The notes under the pieces are model-generated. The model saw only the letters and a list, made by a program, of their open reading frames with translations. It searched no databases and was not told where the DNA came from. From an uncultured bacterium (GTDB lineage Bacteria; Chloroflexota; UBA5177; JANWHV01): a stretch of 64,000 nucleotides of DNA. Position numbers and translations under genes: made by a program. Positions 9,804 to 20,323 of this stretch are shown in pieces. Where the stretch lies: contig CAWHAE010000016.1 in the NCBI GenBank assembly GCA_963827235.1, positions 32,001-96,000 on the forward strand, written 5' to 3'. Position 1 is the stretch's first letter. Every line of letters starts with the position of its first letter.

Positions 9804-12026
9804 TCAGGCTGCCTCGACCTTGGCTTCGCCCGACTCAGATCCTGCCGGAGCGACCGCCGCCGTGATACCGCGCGGGAACCAGGACCAGTCGCCGATCAGC
9901 ACGACCAGCGCCGGCACCGCCATGGTGCGCAGGATCACGGCGTCGAAGAGCACGCCGAAGGCGACGGCGAATCCGAGCTCGCGCAGGCCGGTCACGCTTG
10001 CCAGCATGAGCGTGCCAAAGGAGCCGGCCAGCACCAGGCCGCACGTGGTAATGATGCCGCCCGTGCGCTCCACCGCGTGCGCTACCGCCGCGCGATAGCT
10101 CGACGATCTGCCGAGCTCCTCGCGCACACGGCTAATCAGCAGGATGTTGTAGTCAGTCGCCAGGCCGATGAGCATGGTGAGAATCAGGAACGGCACCCAG
10201 AAGACCAGCCCGCTCTGACCGCCGAGTCCCTGGAAGACGATCGTGGTAGCCCCTACCGTCGTGCCCAGACTAAGGACGACAGTCACCAGCAGGTAGACCG
10301 GCGCCACCAGGGCCCGGACGAGCAGGGTCAGCACGACCAGGATACCGCCGAGCACGAAGAGCAGGATGCGGCCGAAGTCGCTTGAAATAACATCCTGGAG
10401 GTCGATGATCTGGGCGGTGGCACCATCCGTGTAGACATTGGCGCCTGGGAAGGCCGCTTGAGCGTCGGCGCGGATTGTCTTGACCAGCGACTTCGCCTGG
10501 CTACCGTACGGATCGTACGAGGTCGTGATCGTGAAGTGTGCCACCCTGCCGTCCCGGCTGAGGTTCTGATCCAGCGCGGCTGCGACCGCCTTGTTGGTGG
10601 CGAATGCCGCGTACGGCAAGGGCGCTCCCGCCGGCCGCGTGGGACCCTGGACCCCGCTGATGCCAGGCCTTGCCGCGATCGAGGCGTCCAGCCTGTCGAG
10701 CTTTGCCAGCAGAGGGCCGGTGCGCAGATTGCCCTGCGCCTGGATCACCAACCCACTGGGGAGGGCGTTGCCGGCCCCATAGTGCTGCTCGACCGCGTTG
10801 AACCCGCTGTGCGCCTCCACGTTCCGGCCAAGGTCCGACAGGAAGTTGAAGTCCTGGCCGACCCGCAGCAAGCCGAGGTTCAAAGGCACCATGAGCACCA
10901 GTACCACCGCGAGCGCCGCCAGTGGGCGAGCGGACACGGTTTGGCCAACTCGTTGCCAGAATGCCGAGGGCCGCGAGGCGTCCAGGCGGGCCGGCCAGAA
11001 GGCGCGCCTGCCGAGCAGGCGCAGAATCGACGGCGTGAGGGTCAGAGCGGCCAGGAGCGTGATTGCCACGCCGACCGCGACCGCCGGGCCGGTGGTGTTG
11101 AAGAGGCCGAAGCTGGCGAATGCCATCGCGCCCATACCGACAATGACCGCGGCCCCGCTCGACGCTATCGCCTCGCCGACGTGCGTCATCGTCTCGATCA
11201 CGGCGTCCTCGGGATCGCGGCCGGCAAGCAGCTCCTCCTTATACCGGCTCGCCAGGAACAAACAGTAATCGGTCCCGGCGCCGGCCAGAAGCACGATGAG
11301 GAAGATGGGCGTCTCCGACGACACGGTGAGCCAGTGCTTGCCGAGGAAGGCGACGACTCCGTTGGCGATGGTCAGGGCAACGCCAATCGTGCCGAGCGGC
11401 ACGATGAGCAGGGCAAGCGATCGGAAGACCGCGAGCAGAATCAAGAGCACAAGAGCCACGGTGGCAAATGTGGTGATCTGCGAGCTCTTGTCAACCTGCG
11501 TCTGGTAGTCCGCGTTGATCGCCACGTCGCCGGTGACCTGGGTGGAGACACCGTGATACGGATGCGATGCGATGTAGGCGCGCAGATGCTTGAGCGATTG
11601 CGCGGGTAGCGAGCTCGAATCGAGCTGTTGCCAGCCGACGCTGATCAGCGTGGCGCGACCGTCTTTGCTATCCAGAGTGCTCGCCAGCTGAGGGGTCAAC
11701 GAGTCGGAGACCACGCTCAGTGGCCGAGGTGCCAGCTTCGTGGCGGCGAAGCGCGAGTAATCGGCGACTGCCTGGCGGCGCGCCGCGGCAGGTCCGGCGG
11801 TCACGATCACGGCGCTCGATCGAGAGTAACTGTCGGGGAAGGCCTGCTGAAGGATTGCCGCGGCCTTCTGTGAGTTGTACGATTTCGGCAGGTAGCCGGC
11901 CTGGCTGGAATTGACCACGTCGCTCAGCTTGGGACCGAGTGCGGTGACGGCGATCAGCACGGCCAGCCAGGCGGCGATCACGGCGAAGGGAGCACGTGCG
12001 GCCAGAACTCCGAGACGGCGAAACAT
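9804..12026 (-). CDS. MMPL family RND transporter
   Basis: GAGTDYCLFLASRYKEE, GLATDYNILLISRVREE, TGGIITTCGLVLAGSF; two MMPL halves. Confidence 0.93.
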   Translation of the reverse strand: MFRRLGVLAARAPFAVIAAWLAVLIAVTALGPKLSDVVNSSQAGYLPKSYNSQKAAAILQQAFPDSYSRSSAVIVTAGPAAARRQAVADYSRFAATKLAPRPLSVVSDSLTPQLASTLDSKDGRATLISVGWQQLDSSSLPAQSLKHLRAYIASHPYHGVSTQVTGDVAINADYQTQVDKSSQITTFATVALVLLILLAVFRSLALLIVPLGTIGVALTIANGVVAFLGKHWLTVSSETPIFLIVLLAGAGTDYCLFLASRYKEELLAGRDPEDAVIETMTHVGEAIASSGAAVIVGMGAMAFASFGLFNTTGPAVAVGVAITLLAALTLTPSILRLLGRRAFWPARLDASRPSAFWQRVGQTVSARPLAALAVVLVLMVPLNLGLLRVGQDFNFLSDLGRNVEAHSGFNAVEQHYGAGNALPSGLVIQAQGNLRTGPLLAKLDRLDASIAARPGISGVQGPTRPAGAPLPYAAFATNKAVAAALDQNLSRDGRVAHFTITTSYDPYGSQAKSLVKTIRADAQAAFPGANVYTDGATAQIIDLQDVISSDFGRILLFVLGGILVVLTLLVRALVAPVYLLVTVVLSLGTTVGATTIVFQGLGGQSGLVFWVPFLILTMLIGLATDYNILLISRVREELGRSSSYRAAVAHAVERTGGIITTCGLVLAGSFGTLMLASVTGLRELGFAVAFGVLFDAVILRTMAVPALVVLIGDWSWFPRGITAAVAPAGSESGEAKVEAA

Positions 12027-12063
12027 TGAACGCTCCAGTTCCAGTGATATAATGTCAGCAGGC

Positions 12064-12113
12064 GAGTAATTACTCACATTTCTACAATATGAGTTTATGC
12101 TCACATTTGTCAA
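12064..12113. promoter_or_regulatory. Divergent MMPL/TetR promoter with two operator-like inverted repeats
   Basis: GAGTAATTACTC palindrome (12064-12075) and TGAG-N6-CTCA (12090-12103), both ending in CTCACATTT; TTGACA on the minus strand at 12108-12113. Confidence 0.65.
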
Positions 12114-12125
12114 TAGGGTAGCAAG

Positions 12126-12782
12126 ATGATCGACACGTCGATGCGGCGGGTTCCCAGGCAGGGCCGGGCGCAGAAGAGGATCGAAGCTATCGTCGATGCC
12201 GCAGAAGAGGTGCTCCTATCGTCCGGCTACAGCGGCTTGACGACCAACGCGATCGCCGCGCGCGCCGGCGCCTCAATCGGTACGCTGTACCAGTTCTTTC
12301 CCAATAAGGACGCCATCGTGGCGGCGCTGGCTGAGCGCTACCTTGATTGCATGCGCCGGGCACTGGAGCTGCTGCAAGCACCGGTAGCGGTCGACATGAG
12401 CCCGTCCGAGTGGATCGACCAGGCAGTGGACGGCCTCATCCGCATCCATCTCGACCGGCCCGGTTTCGACATCCTCTTCTGCGACTCCGGCATCTCACCC
12501 GATCTCGCGGAGGCCGACAAAGCCCTGCAGCGGGAAACGTTCGAGCGCGTGGTGGAGGTACTGTCCTGCTGGGCGCCGTGGCTGCCGGCGGCGGTGCACG
12601 TGCGCCATGCCATGGTCGGCATTGCCGTCGTGAAGGCAGTCCTGCCGCTGGCCCAGAACCCGGACTATGCGCCAGGCGTGATCGACGATGTGAAGACGCT
12701 GCTCAACACCTATCTGGAGCCGCACTACGGGCTGAGCGCTCGCGGCTCGGCTCGCGATACGTTCGCCCCTGCCACCGGCTGA
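12126..12782 (+). CDS. TetR/AcrR family regulator
   Basis: PRQGRA..., TTNAIAARAGASIGTLYQFFPNKDAI; divergent from the MMPL gene. Confidence 0.93.
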   Translation: MIDTSMRRVPRQGRAQKRIEAIVDAAEEVLLSSGYSGLTTNAIAARAGASIGTLYQFFPNKDAIVAALAERYLDCMRRALELLQAPVAVDMSPSEWIDQAVDGLIRIHLDRPGFDILFCDSGISPDLAEADKALQRETFERVVEVLSCWAPWLPAAVHVRHAMVGIAVVKAVLPLAQNPDYAPGVIDDVKTLLNTYLEPHYGLSARGSARDTFAPATG

Positions 12783-12928
12783 GGCGCGTTCGCCGGCATC
12801 CGGCTGCTCAGCCCACGCCGGCTCCGCTCGCGGCGCTTCGGCGTGGCTCGCTCCAGCCCGGCAAACATGATGTGACGGCAGTCGGCCTCAGCGCTGACCC
12901 GCCACAATGGGCGACGCGGGCAAGCCGA

Positions 12929-14563
12929 TTACGGCGCCGGCAGCCGGTAGAGCGCCAGCGCACCGTATGTCGGATCTTTGAACGCAAACAGCAAGGTTCC
13001 GTGCGATCCCAGCCAGTTATAGAGCGCGGGCGTCCCCACATCGTAGCCTTCCGAGATCAGGGTAGAGCTCACAATGGCGAACTGATCGCGGCGCTGTTCG
13101 ACCTGCTGAAGCGTGCCCAGATAGTCGTCCTGATAGCCCTGATTGAGCAACAGCGCATTGGCCGGCAGATTCGTCGCGGCGATGCGGCTGCCCTGCGGCA
13201 CGTGCTCCTGCATGTATGCCAGGAGCCGCTGAAAGCCGTTGTCAAGTGTGGTATGGCGGTCCACCCAGCGGTAGCCTGCCCATCCGAGAAAGAGCACCAA
13301 CGCTACCGAGGCTGCCACGGTGGCCCAGCGATGCCACGCCTCGGGAAGCGAGCGCGAGCGAAGTACCTGCGCCGCCGCGGTCACGTCCGCCACGAGCGCC
13401 GGTGCTACGACGTAGTAGTAGTACTGCTCCTCGTTGGTGCCGAACTTGACGCTATACGCCTGCAACGCGTACGCGCAAAGGGTCCAGACCGCCAGTGCTC
13501 GTGCCGCGCCATCGGTCTGCAACAGCAAGTAGACGACTGCCACCGCGCCGAGGCCCAGCACCACGTACGTCGTCGCGTACTGATCGAGATTTGTCATAAG
13601 GGCATGCGTAAAGCTGGGCGACTGGCTCACGCCGCCGTTCGCTCCGCCTCCGGCGGTTGCCGCCGTGCCTCCAGCACGGGAAGAATAGCCGTACCCGGAG
13701 ATGCGCAGCGCGCCGAACAGACGACGTACACCGTCGGTCTTGGCTTGCCAAAACACGGTCCACTGGCCGGCCGCCGCCATGATGACGGCGAACATGCCAT
13801 AGAGCAGGCACGGAACGAGTCCGATCAGCACTGCCTGGCGGCGGGCTATCGACCAGCCCAGCACGAAGAGGATCGCCAGAGGCAGGAGCGTGTGAAACGC
13901 CGTCTGCTCGTCGGTCAGCAGCGCGGCGCTGAAGGCCAGACCCACCGCGCAGACCCGCCAGCCGGAGAGCGAGCTGCGTTGTTCGGTGAAGAGCGCAGCG
14001 TAGCCTGCCAGCACCCAGAGCAAGGCCGACGGCTGCAGCAGGTCCCGGCTGCCGATTGTGATCAAGAAGGGATCCAGAGCGAAGATCGCCGCCGCGGCGA
14101 TTCCGGCCCACCAGCCTGCCACGCGTCGCGCGATCAGAAACAGCATGCTCGCCGACAGGCCTGCCATTACCACGTTGAAATAGCGAGCGTCGAGCACGAG
14201 CTGGACCGGGCTGCCAGTGTGAGAGAACAGTCGCAGGTAGGCGCCCTCAAGGACGAACATCAGCGGAGGGTGGACGTAGGCGGTACTGCTCGCAAATTCA
14301 ATCTTGAAAGTCTGCGCAAAGCCCTCGGAAATCTGACTGTATACGACCTCGTCGTAGTATACGTCGAAGGCATGCGCAAGGTTGACGGCGCGCAGCGCGA
14401 AGGCGAGCAAAGCAACGGCAACCGCGATCACGAGCAGCGCCACACGAGACCGTGTCCGGCCGGTCTCGATGCCGGCGGACCGTAGACCTGCTGAATGCTC
14501 CGAGGTGAACGGCGCCCTGTCGGCGGTGCGCGGAAGCGCGAGCCCTTTTCCTGTATAGTCCAT
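12929..14563 (-). CDS. GT-C glycosyltransferase (GT39/PMT/ArnT-like)
   Basis: LR...YDEVVY...HPPL N-terminal loop, about 11 TM segments; AAGGAG RBS. Confidence 0.8.
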   Translation of the reverse strand: MDYTGKGLALPRTADRAPFTSEHSAGLRSAGIETGRTRSRVALLVIAVAVALLAFALRAVNLAHAFDVYYDEVVYSQISEGFAQTFKIEFASSTAYVHPPLMFVLEGAYLRLFSHTGSPVQLVLDARYFNVVMAGLSASMLFLIARRVAGWWAGIAAAAIFALDPFLITIGSRDLLQPSALLWVLAGYAALFTEQRSSLSGWRVCAVGLAFSAALLTDEQTAFHTLLPLAILFVLGWSIARRQAVLIGLVPCLLYGMFAVIMAAAGQWTVFWQAKTDGVRRLFGALRISGYGYSSRAGGTAATAGGGANGGVSQSPSFTHALMTNLDQYATTYVVLGLGAVAVVYLLLQTDGAARALAVWTLCAYALQAYSVKFGTNEEQYYYYVVAPALVADVTAAAQVLRSRSLPEAWHRWATVAASVALVLFLGWAGYRWVDRHTTLDNGFQRLLAYMQEHVPQGSRIAATNLPANALLLNQGYQDDYLGTLQQVEQRRDQFAIVSSTLISEGYDVGTPALYNWLGSHGTLLFAFKDPTYGALALYRLPAP

Positions 14564-15133
14564 GGACACTCGTCTCCTTGTCGCGATAACAAGACATCGA
14601 GCTGAGCAGGGGACCGTCCGCATGTCCAGGCATGGCCAGCCGACAAGAGGCGGTCGCTGGGGGTGGTAAGAGGTCAGGCCCAGCCAAGCAAGAATCATGC
14701 TTCGACCTTGCGACCGGGACCGCGTGCTACTGACGCACGATCCGTGCGTTTGACCAGGGACGTGAGCTCAGCCCGCCGGGCCGGCGGAAGTCGTCAGATT
14801 GACGGCTACAACATTACTGCATGTCTCTGCGCTTGCTTCTACCGCGCTGCCGCATTGGCAGCCGCCCAGGCAAGAGACCGCATCCCGTGCACCGTCGCCG
14901 GAGTCGCAAGCTAACTCCCGGCAGCCCCATCGCCTGCAAACGCCGGGAAGCCCTCGGCATGCTTCGATCGGCGAATAGGCGGCAGCTCCATCGCCGCCGC
15001 GGCACGAGGCTGATCATAGCATATCTACAGGCATCACTTGTAAAACTGCCGCCCGAGGAGCCCACTAGGTAATGCGATGCTCGCGGCCGGCCCCCAAAAA
15101 GCTACCGCCGGCGATGATGCCGGAGCTAGTCTG

Positions 15134-15163
15134 CCGATGGCACCGCGCTGGCGGTGCCATCGG
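15134..15163. terminator. Perfect 13-bp hairpin downstream of galM
   Basis: CCGATGGCACCGC-GCTG-GCGGTGCCATCGG. Confidence 0.5.
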
Positions 15164-15296
15164 AATCCGGATCGGCCGCAGCATGCGCGGAGACCGTCCG
15201 TCGCACCGGCCCGCCCACCCTCTCATTTACGTGAGATAGTCTCCGGCGGACCAGGCGAGGTGCGGGCTGCCTATCCGGCCAGCGGCTAACGGAAGA

Positions 15297-16421
15297 CTAC
15301 CAGCGGAATCGGTACACCGTCGTTGAATCGAACGATTCGCCGGGCCTCAGCAGCGTGCTGGGGAAATGGGGGTGATGCGGAGAGTCCGGGAAGTGTTGCG
15401 TCTCCAGACAGAATCCGTCGCCCTGTCGCGCGGACTTGCCACATGCCAGCAGTGCGCTCCCGTCCAGGAAGTTCCCGCTGTACACCTGGATACCCGGCTC
15501 GGTGGTCAGGCATTCCAGGGTTCGACCGCTCCTGGGCTCGTGCACGGTCGCAGCCGGAGCAAGAGAGCCGTCGGGCACGCCCGCGCGGTCGAGTACGAAG
15601 TTGTGGTCGATGCCATGAGCGAGCATCAGCTGCTCGAATTTGTCGCGGATGGTAGAGCCGATCGGCCTGGGAGATGTGAAGTCGAGCGCCGTGCCGGCCA
15701 CCGGCTCGACGGCCCCCGTCGGAACGAGATTCTGGTCGACCGGCGTATACCTGTTCGCGCTCAGCCTCATTACATGGTCGTAGACCGACCCGCTCCCCTG
15801 ACCGGCCAGATTGAAGTAGGTGTGGTTCGTCAAGTTAAGCACTGTAGCTTTGTCGGTGACGGCGCGATAGTGGATTTCCAGCGAGTTGTCGTTCGTGAGC
15901 GTGTATGTCACCTCGACAGAAAGGGAGCCGGGATAACCTTCCTCACCGTCCGGGCTCACACGCGTCAGACGCAGGCCCGAATTGCCGTCCGCGGCAAACG
16001 GCGCGGCGGTCCACACCTTGCTGTTGAATCCATGTGCGCCCCCGTGCAGAGAGTTCGCTCCATCGTTGAGCGCCGCCTTGTAGCCTACACCGTCGACGCT
16101 GTACGCTCCGCCGGCGATCCTGTTTCCGTAGCGCCCGATGATGGCACCAAAGTAGGCATGGTCATGGAGGTAGCCGGACGCGCCTGCATAGCCGAGCACC
16201 ACGTTGGCCACGGTACCGAAGGCGTCAGGCACCTCGATCGACTGGACGATGCCGCCAAGGTCGAGAATTCGCACTTTCATGCCCCGGGCGTTGGCCAGCG
16301 TATATCGTTGTACTTGCCGACCGTCGAACTCTCCGAAGGACTCGCTGGATACGTCGCCGGCTCGCCCCGCATTACCCGCAGCTGGACTGCCGTGCGAACC
16401 GGGCTCGATGCGCTCGCTCAT
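15297..16421 (-). CDS. galM: Aldose 1-epimerase (galactose mutarotase)
   Basis: GRYGNRI, LHGG, DGEEGYPG, NLTNHTYFNL, DHNF, FCLETQHFPDSP. Confidence 0.95.
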   Translation of the reverse strand: MSERIEPGSHGSPAAGNAGRAGDVSSESFGEFDGRQVQRYTLANARGMKVRILDLGGIVQSIEVPDAFGTVANVVLGYAGASGYLHDHAYFGAIIGRYGNRIAGGAYSVDGVGYKAALNDGANSLHGGAHGFNSKVWTAAPFAADGNSGLRLTRVSPDGEEGYPGSLSVEVTYTLTNDNSLEIHYRAVTDKATVLNLTNHTYFNLAGQGSGSVYDHVMRLSANRYTPVDQNLVPTGAVEPVAGTALDFTSPRPIGSTIRDKFEQLMLAHGIDHNFVLDRAGVPDGSLAPAATVHEPRSGRTLECLTTEPGIQVYSGNFLDGSALLACGKSARQGDGFCLETQHFPDSPHHPHFPSTLLRPGESFDSTTVYRFRW

Positions 16422-16752
16422 GCTGGCTCCTGTCGTCACTCCGGCAGAATCCACGTTGCAGGGAGACCTGCCTGCCGAACATGTCCTCCCCTTCCGGGGT
16501 TCATCCTAACAGTTTGGCCGGGTCGCCGGGGCCAGGCGCCGCGGTGCACACGGTCAAGCACGCAGAGCGGCCCCGGCCGCGCGAGAACCGTCTATTGCCG
16601 GGCCAAGGTGGAACCCTCAGGAGCAACGTGAGCTCCGCGCCTGGCGGCACCCGCACGCGGGTCCCCAGAAACTCTCCACTATGGGTCGTGGGCCATCGTA
16701 TACCCACGCCGCCGAGGCAGCGCCCGGCTTGACTCCAGACCGCCGGCAGAGT

Positions 16753-17757
16753 TCAGGGCTCGCGGCGCGACCGCAGCCTGGTTGCCACGGCGTGAGGCAT
16801 GAGCCGGACAGCCCGCACGAGGTCTACGGCCATTTCTATCCCGTTCCCGCTCGTCAGGGGCCAGCGCAGAGCGGCTGCCAGGCACCGCACCCGGTCCGCG
16901 AGGCTCAGCCGCACTTCGAACACCGACTTCACCAGCTCGACCAGGATACGCCAGGCAGGAAACGTGATCCTGCCCTGCCTCGAGGGGTTGAACCACCACA
17001 TGCGATCGAACCGGCTGGACCGGACCGACTGCGCAGCGTGGCTGCGGGAGTAGAACAGATACTCGGGTACCTCACGGAACTCACCCATGAGACCAAGCCT
17101 GGCTAGAAGCACGCGGTCTGAGCCGGCATAGGGCGCGATGAGCGGCGTCTTGCGCAGCACCGCGAGGCGGATGAGGCCGGATCCTTCGTAGCAACCGTGC
17201 GGGCCGATAGCAAGATCACTAAAGCGCACGGCGGGAGACGGCGCGTCCGTGCGCAGGCGCAGCGTGATCCGCGCGCTTTCTCGCCCTTGCTCGTCGATCT
17301 TGAGCGTGCGCGGGCTTGCAAGCACCGCGCCGGGCGCCCGGTCGAGCGCCTCCACACAGGCCTCGAGGAACCGCGGCGCGAGCACGTCGTCGTGGGAGGC
17401 CCACTTGAGGTACTCGCCGCGAGCAAGCTCCACGGTGTGGTTGAAATTCCAGGATCCGCCGCGGTTCCGCGCGTGACGGTAGTAGCGGATGCGGGGATCC
17501 CGATCGGCGTACTCCTTGCAGATCTCTTCCGTCTGGTCGGTCGACGCGTTGTCGGAGATGATCAGCTCGAAATCGGAGAAGGTTTGCGCCAGGATCGAAT
17601 CGATAGCCACACGCAAGTACTTGCCGCCGTTATAGACGGGCAGACAGACGCTCACCCGCGGTGCGCCGCAACCCGTGGCTTCCTGGTTTTCTGCCAGGCC
17701 GGTATCCGCCGGCTTCTCGACCGGTTCCGGTACCGTGTGACGTGTTCGTGTGATCAT
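16753..17757 (-). CDS. Glycosyltransferase family 2
   Basis: VSVCLPVYNG, ISDNASTD, WASHDD. Confidence 0.92.
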   Translation of the reverse strand: MITRTRHTVPEPVEKPADTGLAENQEATGCGAPRVSVCLPVYNGGKYLRVAIDSILAQTFSDFELIISDNASTDQTEEICKEYADRDPRIRYYRHARNRGGSWNFNHTVELARGEYLKWASHDDVLAPRFLEACVEALDRAPGAVLASPRTLKIDEQGRESARITLRLRTDAPSPAVRFSDLAIGPHGCYEGSGLIRLAVLRKTPLIAPYAGSDRVLLARLGLMGEFREVPEYLFYSRSHAAQSVRSSRFDRMWWFNPSRQGRITFPAWRILVELVKSVFEVRLSLADRVRCLAAALRWPLTSGNGIEMAVDLVRAVRLMPHAVATRLRSRREP

Positions 17758-17818
17758 GGTCGCTCATTTCGGCGCAGTCGTGCACCCGCACATGCCAACT
17801 CGGTCAATCATTCCTATC

Positions 17819-19097
17819 CTAGAATATTCTTTCACCCATCGCAACCCGAAGAACGGGCCTGGCAAGGACGGCTGCCTCGATGCAGGTGGCCACGAACACG
17901 CCTATGCTCAGGCCCTGCAGTCCATCCATCGTGGCCCCCTTCGTAGCCAGAAGCAGCTTCAGGGCGCTACCGGCGAGCACGTAGGGAGCAGCTCCCGCCG
18001 GGCGGCCGCGGAGGCGCTGGATGGCGGCAAAATGCTCGCGAATTGTCAGGGGAACGGCGCCCAGCGAGAACATCACCAGCGGCACGGCGGCGTTTCGCGC
18101 GTAGCTCAGGCCGAATACGTCGAGGATCGGCACCGCCGCCGGCACCAAGACCAGGCTCGCAAGAGTCGTGCAGGCCAGGGACACGGCAAGGGTGAAGCGC
18201 AGACGCGCCACGATCGCCGACGGATCCGAGGCACCGACCGCGTACAGCACGGTGGCCAGGGCCGTGGGCACCACGTACACGAGCGCGCTGATCAGGGCCG
18301 CGATACTGTAGTAGGCGTTGGTCGTCGTGGAGAGTATTGCTGCAACGACAAGCGGCATGGAGAGACTGTAGATCTGCAGCGTCGTGTTGAGCACATGGTG
18401 GCTGAGAGCCTGCCAACCGAGGCTGCGAATGATGGTGAGGCTGGGCGGGCGGACGTGCCGAGCCGCGCCCGTCTGAGCCGCCATCGCAACAAGGCAGACT
18501 ACCAGGCCGAACACCCAGGTAGCGAAGATCGTGAGTCCGCTGTGTGCCGCCAACGCCGACGCGACAATCAGCGCCGCCAGCTTGGAGGCGCCGAACACCG
18601 AGTTTCTCCATATCTGCAGCGATGAGCCGCAGGAGACCAACCACAGCCTGGTCGAGCACCAGAGTCACCGACGTCAGAGCCACGCCCAGCGCAAAGAGCG
18701 AGATGGTAGCCGGGTTCTCGGAGAGCTCGCGAAGGCCGCTCGATATGTGCGAGGCGGCCATGGCCATCCCTATGCCAAGCACCGCTCCCGCAGCGGCAGC
18801 CACGAGCAGTGCGGTGCCGAGGAGCTGCGCACGTTGTTCCGGACGGCGCGGCAGCTCACCGATCAGCAAGGTGCCGAGCCCGAGCATGCCGAGGGTTCCC
18901 ATCAAGCTCATGCCGGCGTTCGCAGCCGAGGCGAATCCAACCGCCGAAGGCTGAAACCATCTGGCAGCCACCCACCAGAACGGCACGCCCAGCACCATGT
19001 TGACCGCATTGGTGGTCAGAATCGAGCCAGCATTGCTCAGGACCGTCCAGTGGAAGCTCTTCAGCGCTGGGATGCGCGCAATGCGCGGACTAACCAC
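17819..19097 (-). pseudogene. Polysaccharide flippase (Wzx/MOP-like) split by a frameshift at ~18626
   Basis: N-half in ORF 17967..19097 (GVPFWWVAAR...DQAVVGLLR) continues in another frame, ORF 17819..18640 (SSLQIWRNSVFGASKL...YYSIA); together one ~425-aa multi-TM protein. Confidence 0.75.
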
Positions 19098-20238
19098 GCT
19101 GCAGTACCTTCAGCAAGCGGTTGAAACGCGGTCTTGCCTGGGGAAAGACCATGTACCGGGCGAGCCGCCAGGCCAGCGGCCGCGGACCCAGGGCCATGGC
19201 AATCAGCCAGAGCATGTATGCGGGGACCATGGCGCGAGAGACGTCGAATCGTTCCACCGAGGCGCGCAGACCGAGCGCAACCAGCTTCCAGGTGGAGTCT
19301 TCCGGGATCGGGTGGCGGGACGGCTGCAGCTTTAGTGACATCATCCGGTTGAGGACGTAGGAAGCGGAGAGAATATCGCGCGGTTGCTTGAGCAGCCCGA
19401 GCTCCAGCGCGCGCCTCACGATCTGAGCGTGAGTCTGCCGGGAATGAGTGACGTTCCGCCTGATGCGCGCAAGATTCAGGCGGGCCTCGTCGAGCTCGTA
19501 TGAGTTCCTGCCGTGCACGCGGTAGAGGGCACACACGGTCGGCACGTAGCGCACCCGGCCGTACAGGGGTGTGAGGTGTGTGAGATAGGTGTCCGCGCCA
19601 CCGCGGTAGGCGGTCTCATCGATAGGCAGTACCAGGCCTAGAACCGCTGCGGAAAACGCGTTTCCGCTGGTCGGCAGCCGCCAGACGTCGTCGGGAAAGG
19701 TGAGATAATGCTCGCGCAGGTCGCCATCAGCCATGTGGGCGTGGTCGGGCGGCTTCGTGGCACCCGTGGCTCGCCCGCAAGCATCGACGACCGACATGCG
19801 GAAGTGTACCTTGGCCAAGGTGGGGTCGCGGCGAAATTCCTGGACGACCATCAAGGCCGCGTCGGGCAGCAGCACGTCGTCGGCGTCAAGAAATATCGCG
19901 ATCGCACCTCGGCTGCGGGCGAATCCCGCGTTGAAGGCCGCTGCCTGGCCGGCGTTATCCTGCAAAACAACGGTGACTCGCCCGGCAAACGTCCCGATCT
20001 CCGACCGCGAATCGTCCGTCGATCCGTCGTCGACTACCAGGACTTCGACGTAGGGATAGGACTGCGAGAGGGCGCTCTCGATCGCGGCCGGCAGGAACTC
20101 GGCGTAGTTGTAGTTGTCGATGATGATGGAGACCAGAGGATCCGGCGATTCCAGCGGGTGCGAATCGAGGTACAGAGGAGGAAACCCCTGTGCGCCTGTG
20201 TGCTTGAGTGCCATCACCCGTTCCATCACTCGACTCAC
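19090..20238 (-). CDS. Glycosyltransferase family 2
   Basis: VSIIIDNYNY, VVDDGSTDDS, FLDADD; overlaps the start of the flippase gene. Confidence 0.92.
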   Translation of the reverse strand: MSRVMERVMALKHTGAQGFPPLYLDSHPLESPDPLVSIIIDNYNYAEFLPAAIESALSQSYPYVEVLVVDDGSTDDSRSEIGTFAGRVTVVLQDNAGQAAAFNAGFARSRGAIAIFLDADDVLLPDAALMVVQEFRRDPTLAKVHFRMSVVDACGRATGATKPPDHAHMADGDLREHYLTFPDDVWRLPTSGNAFSAAVLGLVLPIDETAYRGGADTYLTHLTPLYGRVRYVPTVCALYRVHGRNSYELDEARLNLARIRRNVTHSRQTHAQIVRRALELGLLKQPRDILSASYVLNRMMSLKLQPSRHPIPEDSTWKLVALGLRASVERFDVSRAMVPAYMLWLIAMALGPRPLAWRLARYMVFPQARPRFNRLLKVLQRG

Positions 20239-20323
20239 CGTACGCTTCAGTGTGCCTGAGGCACCGCCGGCAGGTCGCTTGGCAGGCTAGAATGCCGCGC
20301 GCGACACGGATCTGCAGTTCGAG

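Noticed and set aside
14880-14930. ydaO/c-di-AMP riboswitch 3' motif (AGCTAACTCC)
   Set aside because: The 5' conserved elements are missing and it is on the wrong strand for the neighbouring genes
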